DNA from: Bacteroidales bacterium
GTDB taxonomy: Bacteria > Bacteroidota > Bacteroidia > Bacteroidales > Muribaculaceae
NCBI GenBank assembly: GCA_022768005.1
Contig: JALEMF010000065.1
Coordinates: 1-56,067, forward strand
Reading direction: 5' to 3'
DNA: 56,067 nucleotides
Below the pieces are notes generated by a model. It saw only the letters and a program-made list of their open reading frames with translations, ran no database searches and was not told where the DNA came from. The position numbers and the translations under genes were made by a program. Shown piece after piece: positions 49,782-56,067 of the stretch (position 1 is the stretch's first letter; each line of letters starts with the position of its first letter).

Positions 49782-50582
49782 ATGATAAGTGATAAAGCAT
49801 ACATTGACCCATCAGCAAAGCTTGGCAAAAATGTGACAGTACACCCGTATGCATACATTGATGCAAATGTGGAAATCGGTGATAACTGTGAAATCAAGCC
49901 TTACGCAAGCATATTGCGTGGCACACGTATCGGCAACAATACACGCATCTTCCAAGGTGCTATTATCGGTGCCGAACCACAGGATTTCCGCTGGAAAGGT
50001 TGCGACAGTTACTGCTACATAGGCAATAACTGCGTAATCCGTGAAGGCGTGATTATCAACCGAGGAATAGAGGAAACCGGCGGAACAAAAGTAGGCGATA
50101 CTACGTTTGTGTTAGCTCATACTCATATCGGTCATGACTGCCAACTTGAAGGACAGTCTGTAATAGGAAACGGCGTGACCTTCGCCGGCGGCGTAAAAGT
50201 AGGGAAATGCGTAATCCTGTCATCGAACTGCGTGCTGCATGAAAACAGCAAAATCGGAGATTGGGTATTCGTAAAAGGCGGTTGCCGCATAAACGGTAAC
50301 GTACCACCTTACATCATCGTGGCTCACAATCCTGTAGAATACTTTGGTGTAAATGCCACGGTACTTCGCAAGAAAGGCGGAGAATACGGCATCACAGAGT
50401 CTATGATAGACGATATAGCAAAGGCTTACCGTCACGTATATCAGAGCGGCACATCAGTCTTCAATGCAATGCAGCGTATAGAAGCCGATCTTGAAGATAC
50501 TCCTATCCGCAAAAATATCCTTGACTTTATCATAAATAACAATTTCAAGATTGTTGCAGTACCCGTTGAAGTGGAGGAATAA
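49782..50582 (+). CDS. lpxA: acyl-ACP--UDP-N-acetylglucosamine O-acyltransferase
   Basis: 266 aa. Left-handed beta-helix hexapeptide repeats plus the LpxA C-terminal helical domain. Confidence 0.85.
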   Translation: MISDKAYIDPSAKLGKNVTVHPYAYIDANVEIGDNCEIKPYASILRGTRIGNNTRIFQGAIIGAEPQDFRWKGCDSYCYIGNNCVIREGVIINRGIEETGGTKVGDTTFVLAHTHIGHDCQLEGQSVIGNGVTFAGGVKVGKCVILSSNCVLHENSKIGDWVFVKGGCRINGNVPPYIIVAHNPVEYFGVNATVLRKKGGEYGITESMIDDIAKAYRHVYQSGTSVFNAMQRIEADLEDTPIRKNILDFIINNNFKIVAVPVEVEE

Positions 50583-50608
50583 CATTCTCAACTTATATAC
50601 AACCATTG

Positions 50609-50641
50609 AAGGCTGTGCCGATTACGGTGCAGCCTTTTTTA
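50609..50641 (+). terminator. intrinsic terminator
   Basis: aaggctgtgccg-atta-cggtgcagcctt hairpin followed by T6. Confidence 0.75.
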
Positions 50642-50707
50642 GTGCTAAAAGTGATAAATCGTAATGCTAAAATATGCTAAACAGTTGGAAAGAAAAGCGA
50701 AAAGCCG

Positions 50708-50715
50708 TACATTTG
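50708..50715 (+). promoter_or_regulatory. -7 box TACATTTG
   Basis: Lies 37 nt upstream of the ATG at 50753. Confidence 0.5.
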
Positions 50716-50721
50716 TAAAAA

Positions 50722-50737
50722 ATTGATAATTATCAAT
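50722..50737. promoter_or_regulatory. perfect 16-bp palindrome ATTGATAATTATCAAT (candidate operator)
   Basis: Sits between the -7 box and the ilvC start codon. Confidence 0.35.
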
Positions 50738-50752
50738 ATTAAATTTATAATT

Positions 50753-51796
50753 ATGGCAAAACTAAATTTTGGCGGTGTAGAAGAAACCGTCATCACACGC
50801 AGCGAATTTCCACTGGAAAAAGCGCGTGAAATACTAAAAGATGAGGTAATAGCAGTAATCGGCTACGGCGTACAAGGTCCGGGTCAAAGTCAAAACTTAC
50901 GAGATAACGGATTTAACGTGATAGTAGGTCAACGTGAGGGCAAGACTTTTGAAAAGGCTATAAAAGACGGCTGGAAACCGGGTGAAACACTCTTCAGTAT
51001 AGAAGAGGCTTGCAAACGCGGTACAATCATACTCTGCTTGCTTTCAGACGCTGCAGTGCTAAGTGTATGGCCAACTATAAAGAAACACCTTACAGCAGGT
51101 AAAGCACTGTATTTCTCACACGGTTTTGCTATCACATGGAATGACCGTACAGGCGTAGTTCCACCAAAAGATGTTGACGTGATAATGGTAGCGCCTAAGG
51201 GTTCAGGAGCCTCAGTACGTTCCCTGTTCCTTGAAGGTCGCGGCATCAACTCATCATTCGCAGTATATCAAGATGCAACAGGCAAGGCTCTTGACAGGAC
51301 ACTTGCTATCGGCATAGGTATCGGTTCAGGCTATTTGTTCGAAACTACATTCACAAGAGAGGCTGTAAGTGACTTGACAGGTGAACGCGGCTCACTAATG
51401 GGTGCAATTCAGGGTCTATTCCTTGCACAGTTCGAAGTACTCCGTGAAAACGGCCACACTCCTTCCGAAGCATTTAACGAGACTGTAGAAGAGCTTACAC
51501 AGTCATTAACCCCGCTTATCGCAGATAAAGGTATGGACTGGATGTACGCAAACTGCTCTACAACAGCACAGCGCGGCGCATTGGACTGGATGACACCATT
51601 CCACGATGCAATCAAGCCTGTAATGGAAAGACTGTACAAGAGTGTCAAGGACGGCGTAGAGGCTCAGAAATCAATTGACAGCAACTCTCAGCCGGGTTAT
51701 CGAGAAGGTCTTAACGAAGAACTGCGTCAACTTCGCGAAAGCGAATTATGGCGCACAGGCGAAACAGTAAGAAAACTTCGTCCTGAAAACAACTGA
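50753..51796 (+). CDS. ilvC: ketol-acid reductoisomerase (class I)
   Basis: 347 aa from MAKLNFGG. GYGVQGPGQSQNLRDNG NADPH motif. Confidence 0.93.
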   Translation: MAKLNFGGVEETVITRSEFPLEKAREILKDEVIAVIGYGVQGPGQSQNLRDNGFNVIVGQREGKTFEKAIKDGWKPGETLFSIEEACKRGTIILCLLSDAAVLSVWPTIKKHLTAGKALYFSHGFAITWNDRTGVVPPKDVDVIMVAPKGSGASVRSLFLEGRGINSSFAVYQDATGKALDRTLAIGIGIGSGYLFETTFTREAVSDLTGERGSLMGAIQGLFLAQFEVLRENGHTPSEAFNETVEELTQSLTPLIADKGMDWMYANCSTTAQRGALDWMTPFHDAIKPVMERLYKSVKDGVEAQKSIDSNSQPGYREGLNEELRQLRESELWRTGETVRKLRPENN

Positions 51797-51823
51797 TACC
51801 CAAAATAGATATGATATAATATA

Positions 51824-51857
51824 ATAGCAGCAGCCCGGTGGTTGCTGCTATTTTTTT
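51824..51857 (+). terminator. intrinsic terminator
   Basis: atagcagcag-cccggtggt-tgctgctat hairpin followed by T7. Confidence 0.8.
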
Positions 51858-51874
51858 CCCTTTGATGATTAAGG

Positions 51875-51959
51875 ACAAAAAGGGCGGCAAGGGCTAAAAG
51901 GAAATTTGGAAGAAAGAATTTGGGACTTTAGGCTTTTCCGCCCTTTTTGCCCTTTTTGT
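51875..51959. repeat. palindromic A/G-rich element (arms AAAAAGGGCGG...GGCTAAAAG and its complement)
   Basis: Perfect 11-bp inverted repeat: aaaaagggcgg at 51877..51887 and ccgcccttttt at 51938..51948. The flanks are imperfectly symmetric and include a tandem gcccttttt x2. Confidence 0.55.
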
Positions 51960-51982
51960 TCTTGCAAGCCGTTTTCAATCAA

Positions 51983-52016
51983 TAAAAAAGGGGCTGCACA
52001 ATATTGCGCAGCCCCC
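51983..52016 (-). terminator. intrinsic terminator of the PUL lipoprotein gene
   Basis: ggggctgcgcaatattgtgcagcccc on the minus strand followed by T-rich sequence. Confidence 0.75.
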
Positions 52017-52048
52017 ATTTATATTAGAAGAAATTAATTCAGAATGAA

Positions 52049-53911
52049 TTATTTAGCCTTGGCGAACTTAACAGAAGAAACTTTCTTAGCAGTAACGTTC
52101 TTGTGAGTGCCGGCGAGAGCAGGGTGAGCAAGACGTTGTGCTTTAGCGTGAACGGTAGATCTGAATTGTTTAGATGAAACAGTAACGTGTTTAGCTGCCG
52201 CAGCTTCAGCAGGAGTAAGAATAATACCACCCTGAGATTTAGTCTGATACCAATCTTCAGTACCGAAGTTGAACACACAAGCAGTAGCAGGGAATTCAAT
52301 CACATAATCATTTTCATCTTTGTAGTAAGTACAATTAAGTTTTTTGCTTACGATTTGCTCCTTAGTAGCACCGTTTTGCAAGTACAAGTAAGTAGAGTTT
52401 GCGATAGTCATAATACCATCAGTAAACAACTTATTACCTGTAGATTGCGGCTCCATAACAACTAATTCAGGGTCAGAAACATCGATAAGGATATCATATT
52501 TACCGAGAGAGAATTGAGCCATAGGAGAATTAGCACCATACATTTCAACAATCTTAATCAAGCCAGGATTAGAAGCACTTGTCTGATATGTAGTATTCCA
52601 CATCATTTCGTATGGATCATATTCAGCAGCCGGAAGCATCCAACCATCAAGAATCAAAGCAGTACCTGCATCAACCCAATCGGCTGAGCCACCCATTTCG
52701 ATTTTAACAGTAGCAGAAGCGTATTCTTTAGATTCATCACCTGCGTAAGTAACAACTACGAAAGTATAGATACCTGATTCAGTGATAGGTAAACGAACTT
52801 CACCTGATTCAGTGATTTCAGTACCTTCAAGAGTACCTTCAATAACAGAAGCTGCAACAGCGTCAGCATCAGCAGTACCGTAAGCACCTGCAACGATAGC
52901 CTTAGTGACATCTTTACCGAGAGTTACACTAAGTATAGCTTGAGAAGCGTCTGAAGCGTCAACGAAACGACCTGTATATTCAATTTCAGCAGAGTAATCT
53001 GCGATAACAGTACCAGGAAGGACAATGCGGAACAAACCATTTGCATTAACATAGAATGCAGGGAAAGCGTAATCACCGTCACCCATACCGGCAATAATAC
53101 CTTTAGTTGGGAATGTGATAACACCATCTTTTAATTTACCATACCAACCGGCTTGATAAACTGCCTCAGGATCGTTACCGTTGTCAATGTAAAATTGAGC
53201 ACGTGAAGTAAATACTATTTCACCTTCACCCCAGTTCATACCTGTATGAGTCATACCGAAGATAACACGATCAGGGTCTGAAGCATCAATTTCAAAATAG
53301 TAATTCTTAGAATCATCGTAGTCACCAGGTTCATTGAAAGGATAAACTTTACCATAAGGATTTACCAAACGATATTTACCCGGAGTCTTTTCGTTCTCAA
53401 GAAGTTCAACATCGTATTCTACCGGACCGACTTTGTAGATAGAACCTATGATATCATCATAGTATTTAACCTTACCGAGAGATTTCCAAGGAGAAAGACG
53501 AATGAACTTAACAGTATAGTCAGTAACACCGTAGTGAGAAGCTTGAGCAGGGTCAAGTTTAATCTCAACGCTGTACTCAGTATCTTCAACGATTTGTGCT
53601 TCATCAAAAGAGACTGTGTAAGTAGTAGTAAGTTCATCACCATTAAACTCTACTGTAGAAGCACCTGAGAAAATACCACTTGCGTCAGTGAAAGTCACAG
53701 CAACGCTATTAGGGTCAGTAGCAGCATGACGAGCAACAGTCAAAACGACCTCGTTACCTTCAGAAGGAAGATTGATAGTGCTGCCTTGGCTCATGATATA
53801 TACACCTGTATCAGGAGCGTCAACGATATTGTTGTCATCGCTACAAGAGGTGAAAGTCGCACTTGCTGCAAGAGCGAGAATCGCCAATATAGATGATTTG
53901 AATAATTTCAT
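52049..53911 (-). CDS. PUL-associated surface lipoprotein (SusE/F-position) of unknown function
   Basis: 620 aa. Lipobox FTSC followed by SDDNN, located directly downstream of susD. Confidence 0.7.
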   Translation of the reverse strand: MKLFKSSILAILALAASATFTSCSDDNNIVDAPDTGVYIMSQGSTINLPSEGNEVVLTVARHAATDPNSVAVTFTDASGIFSGASTVEFNGDELTTTYTVSFDEAQIVEDTEYSVEIKLDPAQASHYGVTDYTVKFIRLSPWKSLGKVKYYDDIIGSIYKVGPVEYDVELLENEKTPGKYRLVNPYGKVYPFNEPGDYDDSKNYYFEIDASDPDRVIFGMTHTGMNWGEGEIVFTSRAQFYIDNGNDPEAVYQAGWYGKLKDGVITFPTKGIIAGMGDGDYAFPAFYVNANGLFRIVLPGTVIADYSAEIEYTGRFVDASDASQAILSVTLGKDVTKAIVAGAYGTADADAVAASVIEGTLEGTEITESGEVRLPITESGIYTFVVVTYAGDESKEYASATVKIEMGGSADWVDAGTALILDGWMLPAAEYDPYEMMWNTTYQTSASNPGLIKIVEMYGANSPMAQFSLGKYDILIDVSDPELVVMEPQSTGNKLFTDGIMTIANSTYLYLQNGATKEQIVSKKLNCTYYKDENDYVIEFPATACVFNFGTEDWYQTKSQGGIILTPAEAAAAKHVTVSSKQFRSTVHAKAQRLAHPALAGTHKNVTAKKVSSVKFAKAK

Positions 53912-53998
53912 AATAATAAAAATTTATCAGTTTCTTGAAATCTGAGAAAAAGAAAAAAGAGAGAGGAGATGAGTTTATGATAAAGTTAGTTGTTTTTA

Positions 53999-55633
53999 TT
54001 AGTCTTCTGCGATAACCTGAGGACGAGTCATTTCACGATTATTCTCGTTAATTTTGTCGTTGTATTGAACTTCAGTACGAGGAAGAGCATAAACCCATGC
54101 TTCTTCTTCAGTATCCGGTTTAACATTGTAAACGAATGCAGCAGGGAAACCTAAGCCGCGACGGTCAATACCTTTGTTAAGACGTTTAAGATCAAGCCAA
54201 GAAAGACCTTCACCCCAGAATTCAAGACGACGCTTGTTCCATATAAGTTCCTGAACTTCTTCGGCAGTTGCAGCCTTAGTAGAGAAATCAGGGTTACGAT
54301 AAGTCTTTTCGAAGTTAGTAAGAACTTCAAGACCTTGAGCCACTTGACCGCTCATAGCGAGACCTTCAGCCTTGATGTAATACATTTCTTCAATACGCAT
54401 CAAAGGAATATCGGAAGCGTTAGTGTTTTGATTAAGAACACTATTGTAAGAATCGTACTTAACATTAACGTACGGGAAAATACCTGCACCGGTATCTTTT
54501 ACACTACCTGTACCGTAAGATTTGAGGTAAGCCTCTTGTTCTTCAGTGAGATTATCTGAGTGGAAGTTTTCGTCAAGGAACCAACCGCGACGAACATCAG
54601 ATTCAGGAATAGCATTGAAAAATTTTGCATTAGTACCACGCCAAGCACCTACAGTAACATAACCGTAAGCAAAAGAACAGATGTGAGAAGGGAAGTTCAC
54701 GATACCTGAAGTGACAACACGGTCAGTTTCAGCGATAGCGATACCCCACATCCAAGAGTGGTCATTAAGACTTGTGAAAGAAGGATGGCTGACTTCTTCA
54801 ATAGAGTAAGGAGTGCAAGAAGAAAGAGATATAGCCTTGTCTGCATCAGCAGCAGCTTCAGCGTATTTGTGCATTGTCAAGTAAATACGAGCACGGAGGC
54901 CGTACATAGCGTCAAGGCTGAGCATACGACGAGGCTTGCTGTCAATAAGTTGGCTTACGCTAACCTGAGACTTTTCTGCCAATGCTATAGCATTGTTGAT
55001 GTCAGAAAGGATTTGAACGTAAACTTGTTCAGTGGTAGAACGAGCACAACCTTCGTTAGCAGCAACTTCCATATTTTCCTCAGTGATGATAGGCACACAA
55101 GGAAGATTTTCGTGTCCGAAGTAGTTGATTTGGTAATTTTGTGCAAGCATCCAGTAGTCAAAAGCACGGTAACCGAGAGCCTGAGCACGATACATTTGCA
55201 TTTCAGCATTTTCAGTATCAGCAGGAATGTTTACAAGCACAGAGTTCGCTGAGTTGATCTGCTGGTAAAGAGTAAGCCACATAATATTAGGACCATAGCC
55301 GGTGCTATCAAATCCTGAAAGAGCTTCATATTCCTGGAACCAGTTATAACCCACGTTACGAGAAAGCATATCAGTACCTTGGCTGTCCATACCAATCAAA
55401 AGAGCAGGGATACCGAAATCTCCGTGGTTATTAGCATATATAGACATAAAGTGAACTGCAGTAGAAGCGATAGCAGTTACACCTGCAAGAGCAAGTTCCG
55501 GCTTAGCTTCAAGTGTAGCAGCCTTTTGGTCGTTTGTTACATAGGAACCTTCATAGACAGCGTCGAGGTCGTTACAACCAACTAAAGTCGAACCTATGAG
55601 GACTGTAGCAATTAATTTATTTAGATTTTTCAT
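53999..55633 (-). CDS. susD: RagB/SusD-family nutrient-binding outer-membrane lipoprotein
   Basis: 544 aa. Lipobox LVGC, SusD-like TPR-rich pattern (...RAQALGYRAFDYW..., ...EFWGEG..W.DLKR). Confidence 0.9.
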   Translation of the reverse strand: MKNLNKLIATVLIGSTLVGCNDLDAVYEGSYVTNDQKAATLEAKPELALAGVTAIASTAVHFMSIYANNHGDFGIPALLIGMDSQGTDMLSRNVGYNWFQEYEALSGFDSTGYGPNIMWLTLYQQINSANSVLVNIPADTENAEMQMYRAQALGYRAFDYWMLAQNYQINYFGHENLPCVPIITEENMEVAANEGCARSTTEQVYVQILSDINNAIALAEKSQVSVSQLIDSKPRRMLSLDAMYGLRARIYLTMHKYAEAAADADKAISLSSCTPYSIEEVSHPSFTSLNDHSWMWGIAIAETDRVVTSGIVNFPSHICSFAYGYVTVGAWRGTNAKFFNAIPESDVRRGWFLDENFHSDNLTEEQEAYLKSYGTGSVKDTGAGIFPYVNVKYDSYNSVLNQNTNASDIPLMRIEEMYYIKAEGLAMSGQVAQGLEVLTNFEKTYRNPDFSTKAATAEEVQELIWNKRRLEFWGEGLSWLDLKRLNKGIDRRGLGFPAAFVYNVKPDTEEEAWVYALPRTEVQYNDKINENNREMTRPQVIAED

Positions 55634-55666
55634 TATATCTTTCTTTAATTCAAGTTAAACAAAATG

Positions 55667-56067
55667 TTAGAAAGAAACTTTAACACCACCCGAAATAGAA
55701 CGAACTGCAGAGTAAGTAGCGTTGCTGGAAGCAGTGTAACTTTGACGAGGGTCAAGACCTTTACGTTTAGACCAAAGAGCAACGTTTTCAGCAGCACCGT
55801 AAACACGAAGTTCAGAGAGGCCGAGTTTCTTAACAAGTTTAGTAGGGAATGAGTATCCTAAACTGATGTTGTTAAGTGAAAGATAATTGCTTGAAGTCAA
55901 GAAACGAGTAGAAAGAGAGTTAGCGTATTTGTAAGTAGATTCAGCCATCATAGCAGGGATGTTGCTTTCCTTATTCTCGGGAGTCCAAGAGTTAAGAAGA
56001 TCTTCGTGGTAAGCATTACCCATATCAGAAGCACGACCACCATTCATCAAACTAGCGTAAGTATTAT
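55667..56067 (-). CDS. susC: SusC/RagA-family TonB-dependent transporter, C-terminal fragment (continues beyond the window)
   Basis: Ends ..GGVKVSF, the typical terminal beta-strand with Phe. Its stop lies 33 nt upstream of the susD start, and the frame is open to the window edge. Confidence 0.85.
   Translation of the reverse strand, partial: NTYASLMNGGRASDMGNAYHEDLLNSWTPENKESNIPAMMAESTYKYANSLSTRFLTSSNYLSLNNISLGYSFPTKLVKKLGLSELRVYGAAENVALWSKRKGLDPRQSYTASSNATYSAVRSISGGVKVSF

Noticed and set aside
1-56067. A search for CRISPR arrays, defence islands, toxin-antitoxin pairs, integrases, transposases, reverse transcriptases and phage genes.
   Set aside because: No regularly spaced direct repeats and no ORF with motifs of these families were seen. 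The only tandem repeats are the two tRNA-Arg genes and the short A/G-rich units.

Overview
This 56-kb window looks like chromosome from a Bacteroidota genome of the Bacteroidales type. The assignment is an inference from three things. TAnnTTTG -7 promoter boxes, often exactly TAACTTTG, sit in front of most transcription units, including the tRNA genes. There is a SusC/SusD pair. Several lipoproteins carry acidic residues directly after the lipobox Cys. Most of the window is housekeeping: mutS, cdd, ridA, serS, rluD, two identical tRNA-Arg(ACG), tRNA-Leu(UAA), phoH, purC, menG/ubiE, aroA, lpxA and ilvC. It also holds an OadA-like biotin carboxyltransferase, a FadD-like ligase, a Ca-type P-type ATPase, an M3 peptidase, an MsbA-like ABC exporter and an RND efflux operon. 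Accessory content is a dTDP-3-amino-3,6-dideoxyhexose module (rfbB, rfbA, two FdtA-like cupins, FdtB-like transaminase), an ECF sigma/anti-sigma unit, four tandem small lipoprotein paralogues (one frameshifted) and the 3' end of a SusC/SusD/lipoprotein PUL. The most unusual signal is non-coding. Two diverged copies (374 and 400 bp, opposite orientation, at about 13.0 and 33.4 kb) of a foldback, MITE-like element are each bounded by terminal inverted repeats and a 9-bp direct duplication (9/9 and 8/9). Internally they share an invariant 35-mer, and other stems are kept by compensatory changes, including a GTAA-capped hairpin. I could not match this element to any ncRNA or IS family I know. Other observations are a roughly 70-aa, probably two-helix insertion in the RND pump, a degenerate second FdtA paralogue, a dispersed A/G-rich 9-10 nt repeat motif, a four-helix-bundle gene remnant next to tRNA-Leu, and a perfect 16-bp palindrome in the ilvC leader. 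I saw no CRISPR array, transposase, integrase, recognisable defence system or toxin-antitoxin genes. All calls come from reading the sequence and ORF track only; no searches were run.
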